IMG/VR virus record: IMGVR_UViG_3300035512_000144
Span: 1 to 64,000 of that record
Direction: 5' to 3' (one strand)
Source: a virus
Taxonomy: Duplodnaviria > Caudoviricetes
Length of the DNA: 64,000 bases
A program made the position numbers and the translations under genes. The notes beneath the pieces are model-generated. The model was not told the DNA's origin. It saw only the letters and a list, made by a program, of their open reading frames with translations, and searched no databases. This document shows positions 9,691 to 19,163 of the stretch, piece after piece (within the stretch, counting starts at the first letter, position 1; every line of letters begins with the position of its first letter).

Positions 9691-10146
9691 TTAACTATCC
9701 CCCTGTAATTCAGAAATCAATTTTTTATTGTCATGGGAATTCCCGATTATTTCACATACAGTGCGTGGCATATCAATCCATAAAAGAATATCAAAATTTC
9801 CATTAAATTCGCCTATTGGAACAAGATTCCAACCCCACACATATTCTCCATTTGGATTTCCAAAAGATACTACGGCATACCACGTATAATTATTATTTTC
9901 ATCATACAGTTTTAAGATATCTCCATCAAAAATTTTAGTGCCGTTATCATCTCTCAATTCTGTGTACTGGCAGATGGTGTCTCCGTAAACCTTGTGTGAA
10001 GCAGCCATAACAGTTTCTTCGTTTTCGCCGCTTGACAACATAGAAGTTACAATTCTGTATTCATCGTCTGAATAAAGCAAGCAACCTTCTGCCCATTCTC
10101 CGTTGTCAATCCGTTTACCACGGAATAATATTTCTCTGTTCATCAT
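9691..10146 (-). CDS. YopX family protein
   Basis: REILFRGKRID; TICQYTELRDDNGTKIFDGDI; EIIGNSHDN. Confidence 0.85.
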   Translation of the reverse strand: MMNREILFRGKRIDNGEWAEGCLLYSDDEYRIVTSMLSSGENEETVMAASHKVYGDTICQYTELRDDNGTKIFDGDILKLYDENNNYTWYAVVSFGNPNGEYVWGWNLVPIGEFNGNFDILLWIDMPRTVCEIIGNSHDNKKLISELQGDS

Positions 10147-10790
10147 TTCACCGCCTTTTTCATTTTCGCCAATGCCTGCTCTGCCTCTGATTTTGTGAGG
10201 AATACTGTTTTTCCAATTTCGTCAGTATCTACACCGTTAATATTGCGATATACAAAGCCATCAACAATTTCCCATTCCGCAAAAATCCCGAACAGTTCAA
10301 TTCTGATTTCTTTTATCTTATAAGTGCTGATACTTTTTCTGCTTGTAGGCTCATACAGCATATCTCCAACCTTGCAATGCAACCGCAGGAGTAACCCTTG
10401 TTCCTCTAATTCTCTATATCTTTGCAGTTCTTCAAGCAAAATCATCAATTCTCCACTTGTGGTACAAATGGAGTATTTGGCAGAAACATCTCCATTTTCA
10501 TCAAACTCTATCAATTCGCTTTTGTTCAAATCTTGTAGTGCTTGCTTAATTGATACCATTCTTTTTACACCTCTTTCATACCGCTTGCGCTCAATCTCGG
10601 TTACTCTGTGCGAAAATCCGTTGTACATCTTTGCATAATCCATAGACTCTGATTTCTTTTCACAGAAACTCCCAAAGCATGGGATGTATGAGTAACCTTT
10701 CATATGGCAGTACCACATCTTTGATTTTTTATCTTGCGACACTTCATACATCATTCTTTTCATTTCCCAACAACTCCCAAAACTTATCAA
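10143..10790 (-). CDS. Hypothetical protein, possibly a fusion of two small genes
   Basis: Internal RBS-like GAGGTG before MVSIKQ; C-terminal EIGKTVFLTKSEAEQAL. Confidence 0.5.
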   Translation of the reverse strand: MISFGSCWEMKRMMYEVSQDKKSKMWYCHMKGYSYIPCFGSFCEKKSESMDYAKMYNGFSHRVTEIERKRYERGVKRMVSIKQALQDLNKSELIEFDENGDVSAKYSICTTSGELMILLEELQRYRELEEQGLLLRLHCKVGDMLYEPTSRKSISTYKIKEIRIELFGIFAEWEIVDGFVYRNINGVDTDEIGKTVFLTKSEAEQALAKMKKAVK

Positions 10791-11346
10791 ACTGTTTCTG
10801 CGATACCTTGTTGTTGGCTTTTTCGGGTTTCAGCGACACTACAAGGTGCTTGTCGATTATGTCTGACAATTCCCGCGCAAGGTTTTTCCTGCCCTGCGCT
10901 ATGCCGTCACGATATCCCCTACTCGCCTTTTGTTCACCAATTTGACCGCTTGAACGATTTTCGCCTTGTCCTCCTAAACTGACATTACGTAGCTGATATC
11001 CTGCATCCGCATATTTTTTTATGTAAAATTTCTCTTTTTCGTCAAGCTGTTCTTTTGGGAAATTCAAAAACTCCAAGTGCCAACCGTAAGGATTTTTCTC
11101 GCTGTCATATAACCCATGCTTGCGAATTGATAAATCAATGTGTTGCTGATATCCTGTCAAGTGGCTGCAACAACGCTGAATTATGTTGACTGCTTGCCCG
11201 ATGTATCCGAAACGAAAACCGTTCTCATCTGTCCGCAAAAAGAAGTAGATACCGCTATTATCATTCAAAGCCGGATTTACCTTTAGAAGTCGCTCTTTGT
11301 TCTTCTTCTCAATCGCGTAAATCTGCCTATAATTAGGTTTCCCCAT
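10744..11346 (-). CDS. GIY-YIG nuclease-family protein
   Basis: SGIYFFLR...GYIGQAVNIIQR..H; LDEKEKFYI..Y...GYQLRN. Confidence 0.75.
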   Translation of the reverse strand: MGKPNYRQIYAIEKKNKERLLKVNPALNDNSGIYFFLRTDENGFRFGYIGQAVNIIQRCCSHLTGYQQHIDLSIRKHGLYDSEKNPYGWHLEFLNFPKEQLDEKEKFYIKKYADAGYQLRNVSLGGQGENRSSGQIGEQKASRGYRDGIAQGRKNLARELSDIIDKHLVVSLKPEKANNKVSQKQFDKFWELLGNEKNDV

Positions 11347-11521
11347 CTTCACACCCCTTTCCACTCTCCAACATTGCAATACAGCCCTCAATGGTACTTA
11401 CCGCCGACACATATCCTGTCGCGTAATCAGAGTTTCTAAAATACTGCGCCCTGTTCTTCATGTCTTTAATTTCCATTTTCAGAATTTCAATCGCTGTGTC
11501 GTATAGCATATTAGTCACCAT
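11333..11521 (-). CDS. Hypothetical protein
   Basis: Coupled ORF. Confidence 0.45.
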   Translation of the reverse strand: MVTNMLYDTAIEILKMEIKDMKNRAQYFRNSDYATGYVSAVSTIEGCIAMLESGKGCEDGET

Positions 11522-12245
11522 CGCTTTCTCTGCTTTTGATAAAATCGTAAATGTTCATTTGTGCCATTTCTGCATCCAAACGCTCTTTTGACAGATTGTA
11601 GTAATATTCATCAAGTTCAAACCCGACAAACTTGTGATTAGTCCTGTGACACGCTATGAGACTGCTTGCGCTACCTACATGAGTGTCAAGGATAATATCA
11701 TTTTCTTTCGCATAACGAGATAAAATCCATTCATACAAAACAACTGGTTTTTGCGTTGGGTGTATGCGTTTTTCGTTCAATGATTTATTTCCCTGTTGCA
11801 CAGTGCCTTCAGAAATGGATTTCCCTTGAAACATTCCACGCCACATATACCGAAAAATATCAACACGATTATTCAAACTGCAGTATGCAATCTCACAGTC
11901 TGATTGGTCGGAACCGTCATTACACTTGTCCCAAACAATACGACCGCCAACTAGGGGATAGTCAAAGTAATTGCATCCGAAAATTATCTGATTTTTTGAA
12001 ACCCTCATAAGTTCATCAAAATATGATTTGTCTGCCGGCTTGTTATCCCAACCCCTATTTTGATACTCTCCGTCTTTCACAAAAATCTTTGTACCGTTTT
12101 TCTGTTTTACATATCCGCTACGCTTTTTGCCTCCATGCTCTTTTATGCCATATTCAGGGTCTACAATCGCAAGGTCAAAGTATTTGTCCGGAAATTGTTT
12201 CATTCCCTCCATGCAATCCATGTTGTAATATCCAAAATCTAACAA
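11511..12245 (-). CDS. N6-adenine/N4-cytosine DNA methyltransferase (beta-type motif order)
   Basis: AIVDPEYG (motif IV variant), HPTQKP, ILDTHVGSASS. Confidence 0.85.
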   Translation of the reverse strand: MLDFGYYNMDCMEGMKQFPDKYFDLAIVDPEYGIKEHGGKKRSGYVKQKNGTKIFVKDGEYQNRGWDNKPADKSYFDELMRVSKNQIIFGCNYFDYPLVGGRIVWDKCNDGSDQSDCEIAYCSLNNRVDIFRYMWRGMFQGKSISEGTVQQGNKSLNEKRIHPTQKPVVLYEWILSRYAKENDIILDTHVGSASSLIACHRTNHKFVGFELDEYYYNLSKERLDAEMAQMNIYDFIKSRESDGD

Positions 12246-12292
12246 TGTGTCACTCTCCCAAATAATCGCTTAATTCCATCTGACCGTCTTTT

Positions 12293-12586
12293 TCATTCAA
12301 GTTTCCTTCCGCACATCGGGCAGAAGTTAATCTCAAACGCGCCAGCACCACTGTTATCTCCGCAATTTGAGAAAATAAGTAAGTTCTTGCCGATTATTTC
12401 TCTTATGGAAATATAAAAATCTGTTTCGATAAGCGGTAATCCTGCTTTAATATTTTTGCAAAAGTCGCATTCTTTTGTATAAATGGCACAATTTTCACTT
12501 CCCATATTTACACAAGTTCCAATTCCGTAATTAAAAACTAAATTTTGGTGTTTACAATCTTTACATTCTTTATACTCTATATTCAT
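12293..12586 (-). CDS. Hypothetical Cys-rich protein
   Basis: CKDC, CDFC, INFCPMCGRKL. Confidence 0.55.
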   Translation of the reverse strand: MNIEYKECKDCKHQNLVFNYGIGTCVNMGSENCAIYTKECDFCKNIKAGLPLIETDFYISIREIIGKNLLIFSNCGDNSGAGAFEINFCPMCGRKLE

Positions 12587-12597
12587 TCAAATTTACC

Positions 12598-12975
12598 TCA
12601 CCAACTCATATACAAGCATTCCAGCGGTACGTCCTCTGCCTGCTCATATATGCAATCTCTCAAACTTTCCAGTACACTTATTGCTCCGTGCAAAGTTCCC
12701 CAACCGTTATCCGGCTCATACTGCTCATATGCCTTGCTGTTCGTCCGCAGCTCCTTTATTCCGTGTTCAATCTTCGGTAACACTTCATCGCACCGATAAT
12801 AGAAGGTGTGATATTTTCCGTTTTCTTCTTTTACTGATTGGTAATAATCCCAATCCATGCAAGCACGGAACATATTGCTAAGGTTATATGTCGGATGGTC
12901 GATTTCCGGCGTTGCGATCACTGGATATTTGTCACACCCCTCTGCCTTGACGTGTATCTGTAAATCGTAACTCAT
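12598..12975 (-). CDS. Hypothetical phage protein
   Basis: TYNLSNMF; YEPDNGWG. Confidence 0.6.
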   Translation of the reverse strand: MSYDLQIHVKAEGCDKYPVIATPEIDHPTYNLSNMFRACMDWDYYQSVKEENGKYHTFYYRCDEVLPKIEHGIKELRTNSKAYEQYEPDNGWGTLHGAISVLESLRDCIYEQAEDVPLECLYMSW

Positions 12976-12979
12976 GTAA

Positions 12980-13177
12980 TCACTTCCTCTCTATTGGTGG
13001 CTTGTCAAAAACTGCTTTCCAAGGTTCTAAAAAATATTCACAATCCTTTGCATCCTTATCAACAATGATTGAATGTTCAAATATTCCGTCTAATGGTGTG
13101 CAGAAAATGTTTGCACCTCTTGAAATTGCAGACTCCTTGAAAACGCATTTGTTACATTTTTCGTTGAGAATAATCAT
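12980..13177 (-). CDS. Hypothetical protein
   Basis: 65-aa ORF with GGAGG RBS. Confidence 0.45.
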   Translation of the reverse strand: MIILNEKCNKCVFKESAISRGANIFCTPLDGIFEHSIIVDKDAKDCEYFLEPWKAVFDKPPIERK

Positions 13178-13217
13178 GTTTTCACCTCCTAAAACGGTAC
13201 TTCCGACAAATCAACTG

Positions 13218-13685
13218 TCAATCTTTTACGACAATCATATTTTTAATCAGTTTGGCGGTATTATTTACAGCCCTGTTAAGAATATCTGCATCAATTTCCA
13301 AGTCTCTGATTTCTCCGCTCCTTGCCATGCCTGCGCATACACAATCGGCAATCATTTCAAGTACATCAATCAAATTCACATCATCGGGGCAATGTGATAA
13401 CAAATGATGTCTCTCCGCTCTGATATGCAACTGATACCATTCGCCATTTACAAAATCAGTACCGTTGTTAATCGTAGACAAGAAATTGTTGTAGAACATT
13501 CTTTCCTGCGATTTCTTTGTGTAATCGTGATTTTCTCCTGTGCTATCAATCATTTTTGACAATTCCAACATTACATTCTTTACATCTGAAATGTGCATAT
13601 CATTAGCCTTTTGAAATTGTTCAAACGAAACATCTTTCGGTGCTGTTCTTGTATCTCCGTTTGGATTTTTCTTTATTTCTATCAT
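13218..13685 (-). CDS. HD-like/DUF5662-like protein
   Basis: NHDYTK; ERHH; DVLEMIADCVCA. Confidence 0.5.
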   Translation of the reverse strand: MIEIKKNPNGDTRTAPKDVSFEQFQKANDMHISDVKNVMLELSKMIDSTGENHDYTKKSQERMFYNNFLSTINNGTDFVNGEWYQLHIRAERHHLLSHCPDDVNLIDVLEMIADCVCAGMARSGEIRDLEIDADILNRAVNNTAKLIKNMIVVKD

Positions 13686-13698
13686 TTTGTTTTCCTCC

Positions 13699-14391
13699 TT
13701 AAAATGGAATTTCGCTCAAATCAACTGTCAGCCCTCGTTCTGCGACATACACATTTGCGTTTCCTACGACTTTTTTGACATCTGCTATACATTTACTAGG
13801 TATCGTTGTTTCTGCCCCTAAATGAACCAATATCACGTTCCTAGCACGTTTGGTTATGTTGTCGCTAAGAAACTGCTTGCAATAGTCTAGGCTTGAATGA
13901 CCGCGCACTTTGTGTTCAAAGTTCGCCAAATCCTTGTCAACCATTTCTTTCTGATAGTTGCATTCCACAATGAAATGATTGATTTCCAGTTTGGAAAAAT
14001 TGTATCTGCAAAATTCATAGTCCGTCATGTATAAGATTTTCTGACCGTCAATCTGAATAAAAAAGCCATAATTCGTAGTGTTGTTATGTGGTAGTTCAAA
14101 ACCTTTCACGTAGAATTTCCCAAACTTACCATCAATCAGCTTTCCATCTGTCAGATACGGTGCAAATATTTGTATTCCCATCTTCTGAAAGTCTGCTAAA
14201 CTTTTTGAGTGGTCTAGGTGCTCATGAGTCACAAGCACCGCTTTCACCTTTGAGACATCAAAGTTCAATCCCTTTTTAATCTCCTTGATATGTATGCCGC
14301 AATCAAGTATTAGGGTTTCTGTGTCGCAGGATAGCAGATAGCAGTTTCCGTTTGAACCACTGGAAAGTGTTTTTAATGTAAGCATTATCAC
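13699..14391 (-). CDS. Metallo-beta-lactamase-fold hydrolase
   Basis: GSNGNCY, LDCG, THEHLDH, ECNY, GHSS, LVHL. Confidence 0.9.
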   Translation of the reverse strand: MIMLTLKTLSSGSNGNCYLLSCDTETLILDCGIHIKEIKKGLNFDVSKVKAVLVTHEHLDHSKSLADFQKMGIQIFAPYLTDGKLIDGKFGKFYVKGFELPHNNTTNYGFFIQIDGQKILYMTDYEFCRYNFSKLEINHFIVECNYQKEMVDKDLANFEHKVRGHSSLDYCKQFLSDNITKRARNVILVHLGAETTIPSKCIADVKKVVGNANVYVAERGLTVDLSEIPF

Positions 14392-14415
14392 ACCTCGTTT
14401 TCCACATTTCGCTTA

Positions 14416-14637
14416 TTATCCTTTATATAACCTTTTAACCGCATCTCCATCAATCGGCGTAACCGCATTCACTAATCGTCCTTTGGTTTTTTCGTATTCT
14501 TCTCCCCAAATATCAATTCCAGAATTGGCGCACCAATTATCAACCTCTATTTCTAATTTGCGTGCCTTCGATACCGATTCGTTTTGTTGCCTTATTTTAT
14601 TTTGTATATATTGTGGTAGTTCCATATAGCACCTCAC
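14416..14637 (-). CDS. Hypothetical protein
   Basis: Coupled ORF. Confidence 0.45.
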   Translation of the reverse strand: MRCYMELPQYIQNKIRQQNESVSKARKLEIEVDNWCANSGIDIWGEEYEKTKGRLVNAVTPIDGDAVKRLYKG

Positions 14638-15029
14638 TTTCCGAAAAATGTTTCTCTCACGTTTACTGGTCTTGCTTTCATAGCGTACTCGATATCAATT
14701 GGCGGTCGTTTTGACGGACAGCAGATAAAGTCGCTACACACTTTTGGCTTAATGCTATAGATGGTACATTTATGATTAGGCTTGCTATCGTCCAGAAACG
14801 GACAACACATATCCAAAACAGGCTGTGCAAGTGGTATTGCTACACCATGCTTGCACTCCTTGATATGGTGTAGCTTTATGTATTTGCGGATCGCGGTTAT
14901 TTCCTCGTCTGTCAGCGGAATATATACGGAACAACAATTCCCACATTCCGTACACTTCCCATTGTCAGTCAAATCGTAAGTGCCGTTGTTAAAATCATTC
15001 AGCATTTCTGCTATGCTTGCAGTTTTCAT
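14634..15029 (-). CDS. YkgJ-like cysteine-cluster protein
   Basis: CTECGNCC; CPFL..CTIY..KP.VC..F.C. Confidence 0.75.
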   Translation of the reverse strand: MKTASIAEMLNDFNNGTYDLTDNGKCTECGNCCSVYIPLTDEEITAIRKYIKLHHIKECKHGVAIPLAQPVLDMCCPFLDDSKPNHKCTIYSIKPKVCSDFICCPSKRPPIDIEYAMKARPVNVRETFFGK

Positions 15030-15032
15030 ACG

Positions 15033-15407
15033 CTACACCTCGATTTCTTCGTCCTGCGGAAACTGAAAGACAGAATTAAACTGCTCAACTTTTGATTGTT
15101 TCCCATCTGTAGCTACTGAAATAATTGCAGGCTCTCCGTTGTTAAAAAGTTTCTGAAGTTGCTCGTAAAAATCCTCTGAAACATCTACGTTGTTCATAAT
15201 AACTTTTCCAACATAACATCTCCGCAGCATTTCCATAGCCTTGATTGCTTTTTCTTCGGTGGAATATTCAGCCAACGTCAAATAATCATCTCCAACTAAC
15301 GTATCAAACACAATAATTTGATTATGATTTTTATACGATATTACTATATATGATTTTTCATAAGGAATATCATTTTTCCCATTTTGGCTTATCACCCTCA
15401 TACTCAA
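15033..15407 (-). CDS. Hypothetical phage protein
   Basis: MRVISQ..; LAEYSTEEKAIKAMEML; FQFP. Confidence 0.55.
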   Translation of the reverse strand: MSMRVISQNGKNDIPYEKSYIVISYKNHNQIIVFDTLVGDDYLTLAEYSTEEKAIKAMEMLRRCYVGKVIMNNVDVSEDFYEQLQKLFNNGEPAIISVATDGKQSKVEQFNSVFQFPQDEEIEV

Positions 15408-16273
15408 TCCTCCCCAACATCTGCCACAACGAAATCTTCCTTGTTGGCGTTCTCAACAATTTCAGCTTCAACTGTTTCCTGCACATCAACTACATTGTCA
15501 ACATATGTAGGTTCTCCGTTCTCATTGATAACCGCCATATCGTTAGTCATAGCCGTCTGCAAGTCGATACTCATAATTCCCCACTTATTTATAAGCTGCC
15601 GGATAAGTGTCTTTTTAGCCATATCGTCAAAATTCTTACTCCAAAATGTGTACTTTGTCTTATTTCTGACATCACTACGATATCCGCTAGAGAAAGTTGT
15701 TGCGTGTTTCTCCATCTTTTCTTTTGACCAGTACAATTCTTTACGGAAGCCATTTACAAGTTCAAACATTGCGTAGTAACCTAAGACTTGAAGTTTCTCT
15801 CTTTTCTCAAAATCCATGACAGGCTCCAAGATAAATTCTTCCGTGATTGGGTTATACGATTTAAGTTCGCCCTCTTTCACCTCTGATACCGCAATCTTGC
15901 GATACTGACCACTACGGATAGCCAACTGGATATATCCCTTATAGCCAATCTGAAACTGTGCGTCTTTGCCTTTTGTGTCCTTGTTGTTATAAGGAACCAT
16001 GTAATATTGTCCTAACTGCGGACTAGGCGTAAGATTTAACGCTTCACCAAGCAAAGCAGCGGATAAGATACTACCGTTTGAGCATTCTGCAAGTGTCGGA
16101 TTAGTCTGTACCGCAGATACAACGCTTGAAATAAATCTCGTTGTATTCTTCTCACCAACAACATTTGCAATGTTTGTCTTTACAGCAGGATTTCCGAGAT
16201 AACTTGCAATCCCGGTTTTCTGCTGTGTTTTAGTCACTGTTCCGCTTGTTTTTGTTGATACCTCATTTGCCAT
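15404..16273 (-). CDS. recT: RecT-family single-strand annealing protein
   Basis: AALLGEALNL..QLGQYYMVPY; QFQIGYKGYIQLAIRSG; MAKKTLIR. Confidence 0.9.
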   Translation of the reverse strand: MANEVSTKTSGTVTKTQQKTGIASYLGNPAVKTNIANVVGEKNTTRFISSVVSAVQTNPTLAECSNGSILSAALLGEALNLTPSPQLGQYYMVPYNNKDTKGKDAQFQIGYKGYIQLAIRSGQYRKIAVSEVKEGELKSYNPITEEFILEPVMDFEKREKLQVLGYYAMFELVNGFRKELYWSKEKMEKHATTFSSGYRSDVRNKTKYTFWSKNFDDMAKKTLIRQLINKWGIMSIDLQTAMTNDMAVINENGEPTYVDNVVDVQETVEAEIVENANKEDFVVADVGED

Positions 16274-16300
16274 AAATCATTCCTCGCTTTCTTTATTTTT

Positions 16301-16513
16301 TTACAAAAGCCCTTTATTCAAATCTGAAAGACTCATCATAATTCCGTCTGCTTTTCCATTTGCAAGATATTCTTCCTTGTCAATAAAGCACAGCTTTGAA
16401 TTGTTAATGTCCTCTTTATTCACAGCAATTCCAAAAATCAATCCGTCATTTTGCATTTGCGACTTCATGAATCCGATTGTTGCTTGCAGCATAAATTTAG
16501 CATCGTCCGTCAT
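16301..16513 (-). CDS. Hypothetical protein
   Basis: ORF with GAGGTG RBS. Confidence 0.45.
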   Translation of the reverse strand: MTDDAKFMLQATIGFMKSQMQNDGLIFGIAVNKEDINNSKLCFIDKEEYLANGKADGIMMSLSDLNKGLL

Positions 16514-16944
16514 GGTTCCACCTCACTTAAAAGCTGTTCTACAATCTGCTTGCATTGGTCTATGCAGAAATCCAATGTACGGACTGTATTTTCTGAATTT
16601 CCAAATTGGAAATAACCAGTTTTTTCTAGCGTCAAAATAGTTTTCATAGTTTCATCATCTTCCGCATACAGTTTCTTTGCAGTTTCAACATCATATCCGT
16701 CACAATAATGTGTGCAATCAAAACCTATCCACCATACGTCTTTATCAGTTTGACAGTGTAATTCTCTTTCGCTGTATGTAAGACCACAATGACAAGAAAT
16801 AGGGATTTTATCATAAGACTTCCCGTAATACTTGTGGCTTTTTGGCAGCCCTACATATCCGCACCGATAACCCATGTACATGAACAATACAACACATGGA
16901 AATCCTTTGTATTCAAATTTTGTTTCCTGCACAGGATTAAACAT
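16510..16944 (-). CDS. Hypothetical phage protein
   Basis: GYRCGYV..CHCGLTY..WWIGFDC.H. Confidence 0.6.
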   Translation of the reverse strand: MFNPVQETKFEYKGFPCVVLFMYMGYRCGYVGLPKSHKYYGKSYDKIPISCHCGLTYSERELHCQTDKDVWWIGFDCTHYCDGYDVETAKKLYAEDDETMKTILTLEKTGYFQFGNSENTVRTLDFCIDQCKQIVEQLLSEVEP

Positions 16945-18867
16945 CTACTCCACCTCCTTAACAATCAATTCCTTGTCATTCGTCCTGCGAATCATTATCA
17001 CCTGTCTGTCAGTTTCGGGTATCTTGTCCAAATCAATACTTTCAGTGTCCTCAATAATGATTGGCAGATTCACGCCGTAAGCATTTTGGAAACCTAAGCA
17101 GATATCAATCTCCGCAAGAATGCGGTTGCCGTGATTCAGATTTCTGTAATAACTCTCGCCGTCAATCTTAGGTTCACATACAAGGTTTGTGTTGCCATTG
17201 ATAAGAGTCTCAAATAGGTCAAACTGTATGTACTGGAAAGCACCGTTAATATCCTGTTCAAGCAGCTTGTTTTTAGTCTTTTCAAATTCCGATAAGTAGT
17301 AAAGTATCTGCTCCTGGTCTGCAATCTCCTGCGCAATCTTGCGCTGTTCCGTTTGTAATTCCGCGATCCGTTCATCAATCGCCGTGTTGTTTTCAGATTT
17401 TGCAATCTGCTTTTCAACCGTACTTAACTGTTCGCGGATAGATTCTTCCTCTGACTGCAATTTCTCTCGGATTTCAGAAAATGAATTGCTTTCCTGCAAA
17501 AACTTTTCTTTATCGGCAATCTGCCGATTCAGTTCCGCGATATCTGCACGGTCTGAAAGGTCTACTGACTGCGGAAGTGCTGCTAATTGATTTTCAAGGT
17601 CTGCAATAGCTGTATTAAGCATTTCAAGGCTTTTCTTATGTTCTGCAAGTTCCAGTTCAAGTGTTCTCGATTTTTCTTGTTCAACCTCAATCTCAGATTT
17701 CAGACGCTTTCCTTTTTCTTCAATGGTTTTCAATTCTTCTGCCTTGTGGCTTTCAAATTCTGCCCTTAATTCGTCTTGTTTCTCTTTTGGGTATTCTTGT
17801 CCACAATACGAACAAACAAGGCTGTTTTCGTCAAATTCAAGTCTCTGTGTCTCTTTGTACTTTCCACGTAAATTTGAAATGTTTACTCGGTAACTTTCAA
17901 TTTTGAAAATTGAATTTGAAATGTCATTTTCCGTATCTGAAATTATGTCCTGCGTCTGTTGCAAAAGAAATTTCTTGTTACCAATTAAGCGTTCTATTTC
18001 CTGTCTTGCTTTGATATTTTCCTCATTCGCCTGTCGCACCAAATCGTTGACCTTGAATTTCAGTTCCAGTATTCCGTCACTTGCCTTGTCGATTTCCGCA
18101 AGCTGCGCAGATAAATCGTCCTGCTTTGACTTGACCTCTGCAAGTTGTTCTTTCAGTGCGTTTCGCGCAAGTTCCAATTCTGCAACGTCAATTTCCTCGC
18201 GTTTTTCTTCGTTTTCTTTGATTGCTCCAACGATTTCATTTAATCTTTGCTCATATCCGACAACGTTTCTTGTCTTACTGCCGTGAATTTTGTCATTACA
18301 CGTTTGTTTTATCTGCGCAACTGTTCCAAATTCTAATTCTGACCTTATAGGCTCAAATTCTGGAAACATATCAACAATTTCAGCGTTCTTTCTATTTCCA
18401 AAAACCTTTTCAATCAAATCTCTGCGTTTGGCAGCATCTAATTTGAAAAACGTCTGCGGATTCACGCATGATTCATTTGGAAACATATTTTTTAAATGTT
18501 CCGCATATTCTTTTGGTTTTTGAACAATTCCATTGATATAGCAGCTTGTGACATAACCCTGTGGCTCATTCTTTCGGTTGTATGCCATTCCGTAGGATTT
18601 CTTTAACATAACTCCGTTATCAAGTTCCAGTTCAACTTCTGTTGGCACGTTATCGTCAATAATGTCTTTTCCGTCCTTGTCATGCGGGCGTATGCCTGTG
18701 ATTTCCTTGCCGTTCTCGTCTTTCAGATTAAAAATCCAGTAGATAGCACGCTTTATGGTGCTTTTACCTGTCTCGTTGTGTCCTGCGATTTCTGTCCTAT
18801 CAAACAGGTCTGTTTCCAGTGACCGGTGCTTGCAGAAATTTGTCAGCCTTATGTGTTTGATTTTCAT
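16945..18867 (-). CDS. SMC/Rad50-like AAA ATPase with a long coiled coil
   Basis: GHNETGKST Walker A; central CSYCGQ hook; IIIEDTESID Walker B. Confidence 0.85.
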   Translation of the reverse strand: MKIKHIRLTNFCKHRSLETDLFDRTEIAGHNETGKSTIKRAIYWIFNLKDENGKEITGIRPHDKDGKDIIDDNVPTEVELELDNGVMLKKSYGMAYNRKNEPQGYVTSCYINGIVQKPKEYAEHLKNMFPNESCVNPQTFFKLDAAKRRDLIEKVFGNRKNAEIVDMFPEFEPIRSELEFGTVAQIKQTCNDKIHGSKTRNVVGYEQRLNEIVGAIKENEEKREEIDVAELELARNALKEQLAEVKSKQDDLSAQLAEIDKASDGILELKFKVNDLVRQANEENIKARQEIERLIGNKKFLLQQTQDIISDTENDISNSIFKIESYRVNISNLRGKYKETQRLEFDENSLVCSYCGQEYPKEKQDELRAEFESHKAEELKTIEEKGKRLKSEIEVEQEKSRTLELELAEHKKSLEMLNTAIADLENQLAALPQSVDLSDRADIAELNRQIADKEKFLQESNSFSEIREKLQSEEESIREQLSTVEKQIAKSENNTAIDERIAELQTEQRKIAQEIADQEQILYYLSEFEKTKNKLLEQDINGAFQYIQFDLFETLINGNTNLVCEPKIDGESYYRNLNHGNRILAEIDICLGFQNAYGVNLPIIIEDTESIDLDKIPETDRQVIMIRRTNDKELIVKEVE

Positions 18868-19133
18868 TGACTTTCTCCCTCCTTTTCAATCTCACTCCTA
18901 AACCGCGCATCTAACATAGAAAACAATAATGCGTGCGCTGTTTGGAACATCACATGATTCAGTTCCTTGTCCTGAATGGCGAACATCATGGTAGCCGCCT
19001 GTAAAAATAACGCGCTGTCACCCTTGTTGCGGTTCTGCTTTCTGTCCATCATATAAAGGTCATATATCGGACTGTCTTTGATTCTCTGTGCAAAATCTTC
19101 CATGTTTGTGTTCATTGACTTTTCTCCTTTCAA
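18864..19133 (-). CDS. Hypothetical protein
   Basis: Coupled ORF. Confidence 0.45.
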   Translation of the reverse strand: MKGEKSMNTNMEDFAQRIKDSPIYDLYMMDRKQNRNKGDSALFLQAATMMFAIQDKELNHVMFQTAHALLFSMLDARFRSEIEKEGESQ

Positions 19134-19163
19134 CTTGGACGGTCATTCGCCCCATAAAATCAT

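Noticed and set aside
16881-16892. 12-nt match (TGAACAATACAA) to spacer 20870-20898
   Set aside because: AT-rich, outside the putative seed, and at chance level.
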